Notes: generated by a model from the sequence alone, not told the origin. Positions 9,906 to 19,838 are shown, counted from the first letter of the stretch. The stretch: DNA of 64,000 nt from Candidatus Staskawiczbacteria bacterium (GCA_026395175.1 JAPLZF010000010.1:4450-68449), one strand, 5' to 3'. Numbers and translations are program-made.

Positions 9906-10991
9906 TCAGCCCATACCTCCGTCGCCGTAGTAATACGGCGGGATGCTCGGCTGGTCCTGATCCCAATCGTCAAAGTCGAACCAGACGTCATATACGCACC
10001 CCGCGTCAAACTGCACGCGAAGATCCTGACTCGGGATAACCGTGTAGGATAGCGCTTCGGTCATACCAACTCCGATTTTCCGAATCAAAACATGTTCAGC
10101 GAGCTCGCCTGTCGGAGACACACCGAACAACTTCACTATCCGGCTAGTCTTGAACGAAACCTGGAATACAGGGTTAGCGTAAACTGCCGCCTTGCCCACA
10201 CCCAGATTTATGTCGTTCGGGTCGTCCAAGAATACGGTGTTGTCGAAGGTTGCGTTTCCGCCAACTTCGAACATCTCTGGGTCAACGCTTGCCCCCGTAC
10301 CGATGTCGTAGACTGTGGGAACATTTCCGCCAGTGTAGACAGCCAGTTGCCCTGACCAGCCAGCTCCTTCGAGCCCTGTCAAAGAGGTCGGGAAAAAGAA
10401 TCGGCCATTGTTCCAGGCGTTCAACGGGACCCATTGTGGCTGAGTCTCTCCGGCCGGCTTCACTAGGGCAAACGCCGATGTAACCCCAGGCAAAGAGATT
10501 GGAATCTCGTTTGCCATTTCCATGACTACGCTGTCGGCGCCATTTGGCACTGCCCAACCGCCCGGACCAGGAACCGGGTAAAACTGGTTCTGTCCGAAGA
10601 ACAGTTGAGCGCCATAGCTGTCTGAGAAGTTCATGCCGAACGTCAATTGTAACGACGTGTCCATGGCACCGAACTCAAGTAGGTCTTTCACTACTGACGA
10701 CACAATCTTCCTGACGTCGGGGTCCGATCCAGTCACGCTCGTGTATGTCTTGCCGGTGAGAATTCCCGGGCTGCCTATCCATTTCTGCGCCGAGGCAACC
10801 TGTTCCTTAGCGTAAGAGAACAGAGCCTTGCGTGAGGTGATCATCGGAAGGGCATCTGGTAAGCTTACCGTCGGCATTGAGGCCGAAGCTGAAACCACGG
10901 TCGGTAACGTGTTATCACCACCCGCTGCCATCGCGCTCATTCCCGCCATCAACGTAACCAACAAAACTACCAAAAACGTGTGTGTGTTCAT
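9906..10991 (-). CDS. Secreted hypothetical protein (GC-rich cassette 1)
   Basis: Start MNTHTFL at 10991 preceded by GGGAGA SD; signal peptide ending AMA-A; visibly GC-richer codons. Confidence 0.75.
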   Translation of the reverse strand: MNTHTFLVVLLVTLMAGMSAMAAGGDNTLPTVVSASASMPTVSLPDALPMITSRKALFSYAKEQVASAQKWIGSPGILTGKTYTSVTGSDPDVRKIVSSVVKDLLEFGAMDTSLQLTFGMNFSDSYGAQLFFGQNQFYPVPGPGGWAVPNGADSVVMEMANEIPISLPGVTSAFALVKPAGETQPQWVPLNAWNNGRFFFPTSLTGLEGAGWSGQLAVYTGGNVPTVYDIGTGASVDPEMFEVGGNATFDNTVFLDDPNDINLGVGKAAVYANPVFQVSFKTSRIVKLFGVSPTGELAEHVLIRKIGVGMTEALSYTVIPSQDLRVQFDAGCVYDVWFDFDDWDQDQPSIPPYYYGDGGMG

Positions 10992-11088
10992 GTCGTATTC
11001 TCCCATTTCATTTCTTCCACCCACAGCAGTGCATCCAGAACACCCTTCAGCACTGCTCACTGCAACTTCACATACCATCCCGTTCCAG

Positions 11089-11358
11089 TTATTTGTCGGT
11101 CGCATCTCCTTCCTTTTTTTCATCCGCAAAAATGACATGTCCCCCAATTACGAAAGTTGCGCCTTTCGGCACTTCAACTTTCTGAGGTTCAGTCTTTTCC
11201 GGGACGGTCTCCTTCCGCGGTTCGACAGCCGTTACGACTTTTGCGGGCTGTTGATATCCTTTGGCTGGAACCGCCTTATCGGCAGTCCTATCCAAAAAGA
11301 TGATCAGAGCCAAGAATGCAAACGCCACTGCCAGAAAACCTGCCACTGCTTTTTTCAC
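11089..11358 (-). CDS. Small single-TM hypothetical protein (GC-rich cassette 1)
   Basis: GTG start at 11358 after GGAGGGAG; MKKAVAGFLAVAFAFLALIIF. Confidence 0.65.
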   Translation of the reverse strand: MKKAVAGFLAVAFAFLALIIFLDRTADKAVPAKGYQQPAKVVTAVEPRKETVPEKTEPQKVEVPKGATFVIGGHVIFADEKKEGDATDK

Positions 11359-11472
11359 GTTTCTCCCTCCATTTTTCCGACCAAATTGACAAAGGACTTG
11401 CGGTCCAAACCTTGCACAAGCAGGGTAGGACAAATAAAAACATGGTTTTCACCATATATTTATTATCTCATT

Positions 11473-11501
11473 ATCATATCACAATTTGACTAACGTGTCA
11501 A
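11473..11501 (-). promoter_or_regulatory. sigma70-type promoter of cassette 1
   Basis: TTGACA-17 nt-TATGAT. Confidence 0.75.
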
Positions 11502-11548
11502 GCTTTCACTTATTTAAAAATTTATGTTATTGTTAGATTAAATACAAT

Positions 11549-11620
11549 GCCCTCGTCGTTCAACGGATAGGACGGAAGTTTCCTAAACTTTAAATGGAGG
11601 TTCGATTCCTCCCGAGGGCA
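11549..11620 (+). tRNA. tRNA-Arg(CCT)
   Basis: GCCCTCG...CGAGGGC-A, anticodon arm GAAGT-TTCCTAA-ACTTT, GTTCGATTC. Confidence 0.95.
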
Positions 11621-11645
11621 CAAAATAAAATTAAAATAAAAAAAT

Positions 11646-12572
11646 ATGAAATCTCCAATAATAGAAATTGCAAAAAAAGTTTGCCCGGCGGAAGGGAAAG
11701 TGGAAAAAACCCAAATTGGAGGAGGTTCTGGCTTTATTGTTTCTGAAAACGGATATGTTTTAACCTCAAACCATGTGGTTTCAGACACCACAGCCGACTA
11801 CACGGTAATTTTAGACCCAAAGCGCAAATATCCTGCCAAAATTTTATCAAGAAATCCAATTAACGACACTGCTGTCTTAAAAATTGACGACGGAAAATTG
11901 CCATATTTAGAAATGGCAGATTCAGACAAAATTGAGCTTGGCGAAGAAGTAATCGCGGTTGGAAATGCCTTGGGCGAATTCACAGACACGCTGTCGGCTG
12001 GAATCATTTCCGGGCTTTCGCGCTTTATTACAGCTTTTGGCGGAATGGACCACCAAATGCAAAACTTGCGAGGCTTAATACAAACCGATGCGGCAATAAA
12101 TCCGGGAAATTCCGGCGGACCATTAATAAATATGGAAGGAAAAGTTGTCGGAATAAATACTGCAATGATTGCCGGGGCGCAAAATATTGGTTTTGCAATT
12201 CCAATAAATTATGCCAAAAAAGATTTGGCGGAAGTTAAAAAATATGGAAAAATAATGATGCCGTTTTTGGGAGTAAAATATGTTTTAATTTCAAAAGAAA
12301 TGGCAGAAGCCAATAAATTGCCTGCAAACGACGGAGCTTTGGTGGTAAGAGAAGCTTTGGGAGAACCGCCAGTCATAAAAGGTTCTTCGGCAGACAAGGC
12401 CGGCGTTAAAGAATGGGACATAATTTTAGAATGCAACGGCGAAAAAATTACCTCAAAAAATCCTTTGGCAGACATTTTGCAAAAATGCAAAATTGGAAGC
12501 CAGACAACTTTGCTGGTCTTGCGCGACGGAAAAAGATTAAGCCTTTCTGCAAAACTGGAAGAAAAAATTTAG
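11646..12572 (+). CDS. htrA: HtrA/DegP-family serine protease with PDZ domain, no signal peptide
   Basis: GSGFIV, TSNHVV, D-TAV, IQTDAAINPGNSGGPL; C-terminal PDZ. Confidence 0.92.
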   Translation: MKSPIIEIAKKVCPAEGKVEKTQIGGGSGFIVSENGYVLTSNHVVSDTTADYTVILDPKRKYPAKILSRNPINDTAVLKIDDGKLPYLEMADSDKIELGEEVIAVGNALGEFTDTLSAGIISGLSRFITAFGGMDHQMQNLRGLIQTDAAINPGNSGGPLINMEGKVVGINTAMIAGAQNIGFAIPINYAKKDLAEVKKYGKIMMPFLGVKYVLISKEMAEANKLPANDGALVVREALGEPPVIKGSSADKAGVKEWDIILECNGEKITSKNPLADILQKCKIGSQTTLLVLRDGKRLSLSAKLEEKI

Positions 12573-12589
12573 GTTTGGTATAATAAATA

Positions 12590-13777
12590 ATGTTTAAAAA
12601 TTTAAAACTTTCGCATTATTTAATTTTTGCGCTTGTTATTTTGTTAATTGTTTTTCAAACTATAGCAATAGTAATTTTGTGTTCGCCTGTCGCCACTTCA
12701 ACCGCTGGCTTGACGCCCGACCAAATGTCAGCAATAACCAAATTGCTTTATTCGTTTGGAGCAGACGAAACAACAGTTGCCAAAGTTCAAGACGCATTAA
12801 ACGGAAACGCCAGCAAATCTTTGGGCTACCCGGCTGTTACAATAACCAGCGTTAAACTATCAACAAATCCTTGGCTTGGAGGAACAGGCAACACAATTTT
12901 AGTCAGCGGGTCAGGCATGAGCAACAAGCCAGACCTCAACATTAGTGTTTGCCATCCTGCGCCAACTGCCGTTCCTTGCCTTTCTTTGTCTTACAACAAA
13001 ACCGACCTGGCAAGTTATTACTGCTACGGCAACGATTCGTGCGTTGTTAAAACCTCGGAGATTGGCTCCAATCTTTATGCCAACAACCAGCAAGTTTTTG
13101 ATTCTGTTCCGCAAACCAGTTTAAAAGTTTGCGCAACCGGCACAAATCCGTCTTGCGCGTCTGTTAATTTTTCTTACACTCCGGCGCCAGCTACTGCTTC
13201 ATCTATAACAATGGTTGCTCCAGAATCGCTTTTTTGGACAGGCGGAACAACACAAACTTTAACAATTTCCGGTTTCAATTTTTCCGGCCAAACTCTCGAC
13301 ATTAGAATTTGCCACCCAACAACTCCAGGCCTTTGCCTTGCAACTCCTTTCACTTACACCAATAATACTTGCCAAAGCAATTTTGCAACCCATTTAACTA
13401 CTTGCACTTTAACCACCTCGGTAATTGGTTCTTATTTGTCGACAAATAATTTAAAATATTTTAGCGATGATAAAATAACCTCAATGCTAAGAGTTTGCCC
13501 AACCGCAACCTCACCTTTAACAGCTTGCTTTGCAAGAAACTTTACTTACACGCCAGTCGGAGGAATTGTTCCGCCTGTGGTAATTCCACCAATTACTCCA
13601 ACAGACTCATCAGTATCGCCAACATTTAATATGCCAACCGGCGGTGGATGTTTAACAGGTGAGTGTGTTTGCGTTGTTGGTGTAAAAAAAATATGTGCCA
13701 GTCCCATGCAAGATGGAACCAGTTGTTTAGCAGGAAATCCTAATTTTGTCGGCACTTCTTGCGCCAATTCAAAATAA
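12590..13777 (+). CDS. Cys-rich secreted/surface protein with two tandem domains
   Basis: N-terminal TM, LT..QM.AI..LL.SFGAD helical motif, two similar repeats (CHP...CL...C...C..TS.IGS.L...L.VC.T.T...C...NF.YTP). Confidence 0.8.
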   Translation: MFKNLKLSHYLIFALVILLIVFQTIAIVILCSPVATSTAGLTPDQMSAITKLLYSFGADETTVAKVQDALNGNASKSLGYPAVTITSVKLSTNPWLGGTGNTILVSGSGMSNKPDLNISVCHPAPTAVPCLSLSYNKTDLASYYCYGNDSCVVKTSEIGSNLYANNQQVFDSVPQTSLKVCATGTNPSCASVNFSYTPAPATASSITMVAPESLFWTGGTTQTLTISGFNFSGQTLDIRICHPTTPGLCLATPFTYTNNTCQSNFATHLTTCTLTTSVIGSYLSTNNLKYFSDDKITSMLRVCPTATSPLTACFARNFTYTPVGGIVPPVVIPPITPTDSSVSPTFNMPTGGGCLTGECVCVVGVKKICASPMQDGTSCLAGNPNFVGTSCANSK

Positions 13778-13780
13778 AAT

Positions 13781-15268
13781 ATGAAAACTATTTTTTCGTC
13801 AAAATTTATTTCATTGTTTCTATTTTCCGGTTTTGCTTTATTTTCTTTTCCTATTCTTACATTTTCTGCTGTTGCCGACCACGTTCAAATTGGCTCTGAG
13901 TGCCAAGGCTCAATTAACCAAAACCAAACTTGTAATATTATCAAAGACCGAGGCCAAACTCTGGTGCATTTAAAATGGGACTTGTCAGGTTATTATTCTT
14001 CCGGCAAAGTTCAAACCTGCCAGTTGGAAAAAAATTATCCCAGCCAATATGATACTAAACGCCATTTTTATAGTATTGGTATTTACAAAGATAGCAAAGA
14101 CGTTATTAACAACAATCTTCCGGTTTCAGTATTAATCCCGCTTAAAGTTAAAGACGATGTTTGGGTGCCAGCGCCGACAGGACAAACTAATAGTGAAGAT
14201 ATTTATCAAATTGATTGCTGGGATAAATACTGGTATCTGGACAAAAGTATTTCTACGAAGTCGACAAATCCTGCCAATGAACAATTCGGACCAGAAAAAG
14301 ATGTGAAGCTGGTTGAATCCTGCGAAGTGCCATTTGCTTCAATTGCAAAAGATTTAAATCACAATATCCTTACCGACATAACAGAAAATAGTTTTAGAGA
14401 TTGGGCATCTGATGACACTGAAGATTCTAATTCTATATTTGATCCTGTTACAAGGAAAACCAATCCATTTGGTTCTGGAGACAAGACTGATATCATACGT
14501 GGAATTATCTATAATCAATGTACTACTGCTTGCCCCATACCTCCTTCTGATATTACATGGAAAACTGCCATTTCTGATTTAGAAAAAATTATTCCAAGTA
14601 CAAAATATCCAAACAAAAAAGATGCCGAACAATTAAGTCTTGTTTTTCATGATGCAAATATACCTTATAATCATACTGGCAACCATTCTGTCATTGCCAC
14701 CTTCGTTACTGATCCGGGCGATGGAACCGCTACAATTACATATTTGGATCCTAATGGACCGACTAACAATCTATTTATATATTGCGGGCGAAAAACGGAT
14801 AATATCCCTGCAGACCATACAGACAAATGGTGCTTTTCTCCTAAGGGTAATAAATTTGTTAACCCTTTTGTGGATACAGTCGACGCACAACAACAAGCCA
14901 ATCTTTCATCGGCACGAAATAATTTTATAAACTCAAATCAAAATTTTTGCAGTGATCCTAAACACAGCGACTATTGCAAACGCGATATTAACCAATGGAT
15001 ACGAACCAATTATCCTGATATAAATAATTTTAGTGTTACTAATCTAGATTTAGGCGGTTGTTGCAAAGGTTGGACGGATTTTGTTATGAGGGTTGCATAT
15101 TTAGGAGACTTTGTCGGGTATGATTACCATCCAAACGATGGAAAATATGTCAATCAAGATTGCGATGCCAACCATTACCCCTTGCCCACAAAATCCGCTT
15201 TTCTTGACTCAACAAACTTTCTGGGAAGTATTTTAACACCCATCATCAATTTCTTTGCCCAAAAATAA
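13781..15268 (+). CDS. Secreted Cys-rich protein, possible papain-fold (permuted) protease
   Basis: Signal peptide; GNHSVIA, YLDPNG and GGCCKGW motifs. Confidence 0.7.
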   Translation: MKTIFSSKFISLFLFSGFALFSFPILTFSAVADHVQIGSECQGSINQNQTCNIIKDRGQTLVHLKWDLSGYYSSGKVQTCQLEKNYPSQYDTKRHFYSIGIYKDSKDVINNNLPVSVLIPLKVKDDVWVPAPTGQTNSEDIYQIDCWDKYWYLDKSISTKSTNPANEQFGPEKDVKLVESCEVPFASIAKDLNHNILTDITENSFRDWASDDTEDSNSIFDPVTRKTNPFGSGDKTDIIRGIIYNQCTTACPIPPSDITWKTAISDLEKIIPSTKYPNKKDAEQLSLVFHDANIPYNHTGNHSVIATFVTDPGDGTATITYLDPNGPTNNLFIYCGRKTDNIPADHTDKWCFSPKGNKFVNPFVDTVDAQQQANLSSARNNFINSNQNFCSDPKHSDYCKRDINQWIRTNYPDINNFSVTNLDLGGCCKGWTDFVMRVAYLGDFVGYDYHPNDGKYVNQDCDANHYPLPTKSAFLDSTNFLGSILTPIINFFAQK

Positions 15269-15272
15269 TTAA

Positions 15273-15302
15273 CAAAAAACCGCCTTCGGGCGATTTTTGT
15301 TT
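15273..15302. terminator. Bidirectional intrinsic terminator
   Basis: CAAAAAACCGCC-TTCG-GGCGATTTTTG between convergent genes. Confidence 0.8.
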
Positions 15303-15309
15303 TTGCTTT

Positions 15310-15582
15310 TTATTTTTTGTTTGGCAATGCGAGAACGTTTTCTAAATAGTCAACTCGAGTTTCTAATTTTCCTGCATCACTAATTTTCTCATCTACAGAA
15401 ATTAATTTTTTTTCGACTTTTTCTAGCCGATTTTCTATTTTGTTAATTTTTTCTTTAGTCCATTTTTCAAAATCACCCACCTGCTCTTTGGTAGCTACTT
15501 TTTCAAAACGCTCATCAACTCCATTAAATCCTCTTTGGACCATTGTCGCCAAATCATTTATTGTTATATTTTTCTTTGCCAT
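15310..15582 (-). CDS. Small coiled-coil hypothetical protein
   Basis: TINDLATMVQRGF followed by heptad repeats. Confidence 0.75.
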   Translation of the reverse strand: MAKKNITINDLATMVQRGFNGVDERFEKVATKEQVGDFEKWTKEKINKIENRLEKVEKKLISVDEKISDAGKLETRVDYLENVLALPNKK

Positions 15583-15614
15583 ACATTTTTATTATATATC
15601 AAACAAAATCCGTG

Positions 15615-16361
15615 TCAAACTTGGATTTTGCTGAATAAATAACTGCCGATTGCAATTACAACAAACACAATGCCAAGCATTATCCAAAAATCGGTAAATA
15701 AGCCAAATTCTGCCACGCCTCCCAAAGTGCCTCGAAGCCCGTCAACGCCGTAAGTTAAAGGATCAAATTTTACTACAACCTCTAATACGCTCGGCAAATT
15801 TTTAAGAGGAAAAAGCGCGCCGGAAAGGAAGAAAATCGGCATTACCAAAAAGTTCATAATTAATTGGAATCCGTGCATATCTTCCAGAACAGAAGCAATT
15901 GCAGTTCCCACCGCGGTAAAAAGCAAAGCAATCATTATCATAAAAACAAAAGCCAATACCAAAAGCCCTGCATTTTGCATATGGAAACCAAGCAAAAGTG
16001 AAATCAAAAAAACAATTATTCCCTGCATTACCGCCACTGTAGCTCCTCCCAAAGTTCTGCCCAACATAATTTGCCAGCGGGGAACCGGAGCCACCATTGT
16101 TTCTTTTAAAAATCCAAATTGCCTGTCCCAAATAACGCTGATTCCGGAAAAAACAGCCAAAAACAAAATACTCATCGAAATAATTCCCGGAACTAAAAAT
16201 TGGACATAGTCTCCTTGTCCTGCCGCTTTAAATACCGGTCCCAATCCAAAACCGAGAGCAAGCAAAAATAATATTGGCTGGCCCAAAGAACCGATTATTC
16301 TTGATTTTGACCTGAAATATTTTTTAACTTCTCTCACCCAGAGAGTATAAATTGCTATCAT
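15615..16361 (-). CDS. ABC-2 type transporter permease
   Basis: DRQFGFLKE, FFLSGALFPL, PLTYGVDGLR; six TM segments. Confidence 0.92.
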   Translation of the reverse strand: MIAIYTLWVREVKKYFRSKSRIIGSLGQPILFLLALGFGLGPVFKAAGQGDYVQFLVPGIISMSILFLAVFSGISVIWDRQFGFLKETMVAPVPRWQIMLGRTLGGATVAVMQGIIVFLISLLLGFHMQNAGLLVLAFVFMIMIALLFTAVGTAIASVLEDMHGFQLIMNFLVMPIFFLSGALFPLKNLPSVLEVVVKFDPLTYGVDGLRGTLGGVAEFGLFTDFWIMLGIVFVVIAIGSYLFSKIQV

Positions 16362-16367
16362 AATTTT

Positions 16368-17159
16368 TTATCTTCGCCATGCGCGAGCTCTGCCAGACAT
16401 GGCTTGATTTTTAACTTTTTCTTCGCGGATTTCCTTTCCCGTAAGAGCCAAAAATGCGTCTTCTAAAGAATCTTTGTGTGTCTGTTCTTTCAACTCTTTT
16501 GAAGTTCCTTGGGCAACAATTTTCCCATGGTCTATTATTGCAATTCTGTCTGAAACTTTATCTGCTTCTTCCATATAATGAGTTGTCAAAAAAACCGTCG
16601 TTCCTTCTTCCTCGTTCATTTTTTTTAAGTAAGTCCAAATGTGGTTTCTTGTCTGCGGGTCAAGCCCAATTGTCGGTTCGTCCAAAAATAAAACTTTCGG
16701 GTGATGCAAAAATCCCCGGGCAATTTCAAGACGCCTTTTCATTCCGCCGGAAAAATGTTTCACCAAATCTTTTCTTCTGTCCCAAAGCTCAACAAATTCC
16801 AAAAGCTGTTTTATTCTTTTTTTTCTTTCTTTCCATCCAACTTTATAGAGCATTCCGTGCATATCTAAATTTTCATAGGCAGTAAGATCATCGTCTAAGC
16901 TTGGGTCTTGAAAAACAATTCCAAAGGAAGACCTTACTTTGTCTGAATTTTTCGTTGGATCAAATTTATTGATTATAATCTCGCCAAATGTCGGATTAGT
17001 CAGGGTTGTAAGCATTTTTATGGTTGTTGTTTTTCCTGCACCATTTGGGCCCAAAAACGCAAAAATTTCCCCCTTTTTTACATTAAAAGATATGTCATCA
17101 ACCGCAGTAAAATCTTTAAATTTCTTGGTAAGATTTTTTATTTCTATTATATTATCCAT
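16368..17159 (-). CDS. ABC transporter ATP-binding protein (DrrA-like)
   Basis: GPNGAGKTT, FSGGM, LFLDEPT, TTHY. Confidence 0.95.
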   Translation of the reverse strand: MDNIIEIKNLTKKFKDFTAVDDISFNVKKGEIFAFLGPNGAGKTTTIKMLTTLTNPTFGEIIINKFDPTKNSDKVRSSFGIVFQDPSLDDDLTAYENLDMHGMLYKVGWKERKKRIKQLLEFVELWDRRKDLVKHFSGGMKRRLEIARGFLHHPKVLFLDEPTIGLDPQTRNHIWTYLKKMNEEEGTTVFLTTHYMEEADKVSDRIAIIDHGKIVAQGTSKELKEQTHKDSLEDAFLALTGKEIREEKVKNQAMSGRARAWRR

Positions 17160-17180
17160 CTTTTTAATACGTATAAAAAT

Positions 17181-18296
17181 TTAATTTGGGTTTGTTATTT
17201 TTAAAATCGCATCTTGTGTGTAAATATTTCTTGGATTCCAAAGCATAAATCCATTATATTCGCTTGCCAAAGAATCTTGGACTGCCTTGATTTCCTGCTT
17301 TACCATATCGGCTGTGTAATAAGCTCCCAAATTAAAATCTTGAAGCCAAGGCCTTAATTTTGTCAAAAAAATTATATTTTTTCTGGCCAAAGCGCTATCC
17401 ATTGAATATTTTATAACTTCGTAAGGGTGGTCTGCCGGGTTGGCAAATCCTATAAATCCGTCTGCAAAATGAGAGGGGTAAACCATTGGGCAAACATAAT
17501 CAAAATTGTAAAATGCGTCTTCAATTATTTGCCCAATTCCCATGTCGTCTTTGTTGACTGTTGTCAAACCAAACAAATCAATTGATATTTTTTCATTTAA
17601 TAATTGTTGCCTTGTATATTCAAAAAATTCTTTTATAATTTCTGCTTTTGCCACCTTTCCGTCATAAACCGGAAAACCAGCTTCTCCTGTTTTTCCGTCA
17701 GTGGGAAATCTGACATAGTCAAAATTTATTTCGTCAAAGCCGTGATTTGCCAGCGCGTCTTTTGCCAGGAAAATATTATAATCCCAAACATCTTTTGAAG
17801 CAGGGTCCAGCCAAAGTAATCCGTTTCTATCTTGCCATAACCCTCCATTTTTATTATAAACTGCCAATTCCGGCCTGGCTTTTGCATAAACAGGGTCTTC
17901 AAAAACAGCGATCCTGCCAATTACATAAATATTTTTACCGTGCAAAAATCTTACCAAAGTGTCAATGTCTGAAATGCGTTTTGGATAAGTAATTACGCCG
18001 TCGCTTCCTTTAAGGTCAATTACAACTGCATTTATTTCTGTATTGTCCAAAAAATTGCTTAAATAACCAACATAAGATTTTGTGCCGGCAGAATATCCGG
18101 TAACATAAACTGCTTTAATTGTTTCCGGCGGCTTGCGAGCAACCGCAACAGCCAAAACATTATTTTTGCTAACCAATCCTCCAACTTTTTTATTATTTAA
18201 AAAATGCAAAGCAAAAAAAATTCCACTAGCCAAAACTGCAATTATTATCAAAATAATTGCCACAATTAAAATTATTTTCTTTTTTGGAAAATCCAT
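17181..18296 (-). CDS. Putative glycoside hydrolase (DUF4015-like), membrane-anchored
   Basis: Start MDFPKKK at 18296; NAVVIDLK, RIAVFED, GFDEINFDYVRFP, PMVYPSH, RPWLQDF. Confidence 0.85.
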   Translation of the reverse strand: MDFPKKKIILIVAIILIIIAVLASGIFFALHFLNNKKVGGLVSKNNVLAVAVARKPPETIKAVYVTGYSAGTKSYVGYLSNFLDNTEINAVVIDLKGSDGVITYPKRISDIDTLVRFLHGKNIYVIGRIAVFEDPVYAKARPELAVYNKNGGLWQDRNGLLWLDPASKDVWDYNIFLAKDALANHGFDEINFDYVRFPTDGKTGEAGFPVYDGKVAKAEIIKEFFEYTRQQLLNEKISIDLFGLTTVNKDDMGIGQIIEDAFYNFDYVCPMVYPSHFADGFIGFANPADHPYEVIKYSMDSALARKNIIFLTKLRPWLQDFNLGAYYTADMVKQEIKAVQDSLASEYNGFMLWNPRNIYTQDAILKITNPN

Positions 18297-18297
18297 T

Positions 18298-18699
18298 CTA
18301 TTCAGTTGTTGTTCCGTCAAATTCCGGACCGTCAGCTTCGGCCTCTGCTTTGGTCGCTCTAACAACGCCGTCTTTATGATGAGCAGGAGAATAAATGGTG
18401 TAAAGTTTTAACTCGTCTGTTGCAGAAACATTCACAACATTGTGCTGGGCACCACAAGGCACAACAACTGCTGTTCCGTCTGCAACGCTATATTCATTTC
18501 CGTCAATTATAACTTTGCCCTGGCCTTTTTCAAAGCGAAAAAACTGGTCGTTGTCTGCGTGTACTTCCATTCCAATTTCTTCATTAGGTTTTAAGCACAT
18601 CAAAACCAACTGGCTGTGCTTTCCTGTATAGACAACTTTTCTAAAATTTTCATTGTCTAAAGTTGCCTTTTCTATGTTTTCGCAAAATCCTTTTGCCAT
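18298..18699 (-). CDS. Cupin-domain protein
   Basis: QLVLM, EIGMEVH, DQFF, VPCGAQHNV, KLYTIYSP. Confidence 0.92.
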   Translation of the reverse strand: MAKGFCENIEKATLDNENFRKVVYTGKHSQLVLMCLKPNEEIGMEVHADNDQFFRFEKGQGKVIIDGNEYSVADGTAVVVPCGAQHNVVNVSATDELKLYTIYSPAHHKDGVVRATKAEAEADGPEFDGTTTE

Positions 18700-18774
18700 A
18701 TATTTTATTTATTTAATAATTATATTTTTATTATATCAAAAAACCACCTCAATTAAAAGGTGATTTTCAAAATG

Positions 18775-18845
18775 AGCGGGTAAGGGGAGTCGAACCCCTA
18801 GCAAGACTTTGGAAAAGTCTGGTATTACCGCTATACGATACCCGC
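18775..18845 (-). tRNA. tRNA-Gly(TCC)
   Basis: GCGGGTA...TACCCGC-T, anticodon arm AGACT-TTTCCAA-AGTCT. Confidence 0.95.
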
Positions 18846-19520
18846 ATTAATTTTTTTCGTGGATGATTCTATCCAACCCATAATTCGTCTATGCAATTTT
18901 CTGCCAAATTCTTTATTACCATAGCTTTTAATTTTTAAATGAAGTGTGCCATATGGTAAAATTTCTTTTTTTGTTTTAGATTTATTAATCCTTTTATCTA
19001 CATAGGTTTTTCCAAATTGTTTTTTTGGTATGCCGGTAACCTTTGACCAATAATTTAAAGTTTCTTCAATATCATTATCGGGATATAAATGAACAAACGG
19101 ATTTAAGTTTTTATTTTTTAAATTGCAGATTTTTTTGAACCATATTACAGCAATTTTTATCATTTCCGGGTTAGAATTAGAAAATCTAATTTGTTCGTTC
19201 GATTTGCTCCCTTCTCCGGAGTAAAGCCCAATTCCCAAAAACCAAAAATCTCTTTTTGTAATTTTACCAAGATCTTTTTCTGCTAAATTTTTCATTTCTG
19301 CAATTTCTTCTATTTTTTGGGTATGTTTAAATAAAGCAGATTTTAACTTTGCAGAGCCTATTCTTCTTAAAACTTCTTCATTGGGAGAAAAGGGAATTTT
19401 ATTAAGCCAATTGCTTAGAGTACTTTTATTAACTCCTATTTTTTGACTAATCATATTATATGAATAGCCTTTTTTCCTATAATTTATAGCTTTTCCTTTT
19501 AAGCTTAATGTTTTCATCAT
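18831..19520 (-). CDS. HTH + LAGLIDADG-like protein between tRNAs
   Basis: N-terminal HTH (RKKGYSYNMISQKIGVNKSTLSNW), GIGLYSGEGSK, FSNSNP, YWSKVTGIP, LPYGT; stop codon lies inside tRNA-Gly. Confidence 0.75.
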   Translation of the reverse strand: MMKTLSLKGKAINYRKKGYSYNMISQKIGVNKSTLSNWLNKIPFSPNEEVLRRIGSAKLKSALFKHTQKIEEIAEMKNLAEKDLGKITKRDFWFLGIGLYSGEGSKSNEQIRFSNSNPEMIKIAVIWFKKICNLKNKNLNPFVHLYPDNDIEETLNYWSKVTGIPKKQFGKTYVDKRINKSKTKKEILPYGTLHLKIKSYGNKEFGRKLHRRIMGWIESSTKKINAGIV

Positions 19521-19594
19521 CGTCAAAATTATACCCACAACTATATTCTATCATACACTATAAAGGGGTTCAATATAAAGAACACTAAGCTATG

Positions 19595-19665
19595 TCGGGG
19601 TGCTGAGAATCGAACTCAGACCAAACGCTCCCAAAGCGTTTATACTACCACTATACGACACCCCG
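19595..19665 (-). tRNA. tRNA-Pro(TGG)
   Basis: CGGGGTG...CACCCCG-A, anticodon arm AACGC-TTTGGGA-GCGTT. Confidence 0.95.
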
Positions 19666-19745
19666 TTAATTTATAAAATAATTCTAACCGAAAAAGGCGA
19701 TATTGTCAAAGGGAAAATTTTATGATAATATCTTATATATGAAAT

Positions 19746-19817
19746 GCCCCCGTAGTTCAATGGACAGAACAAGATCCTTCTAAGATTTAGATGTTGGTCC
19801 GATTCCAACCGGGGGCA
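19746..19817 (+). tRNA. tRNA-Arg(TCT)
   Basis: GCCCCCG...CGGGGGC-A, anticodon arm AGATC-CTTCTAA-GATTT; T-loop reads GTCCGATTC. Confidence 0.92.
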
Positions 19818-19838
19818 CAAAAATGATAAAAAATTTAT

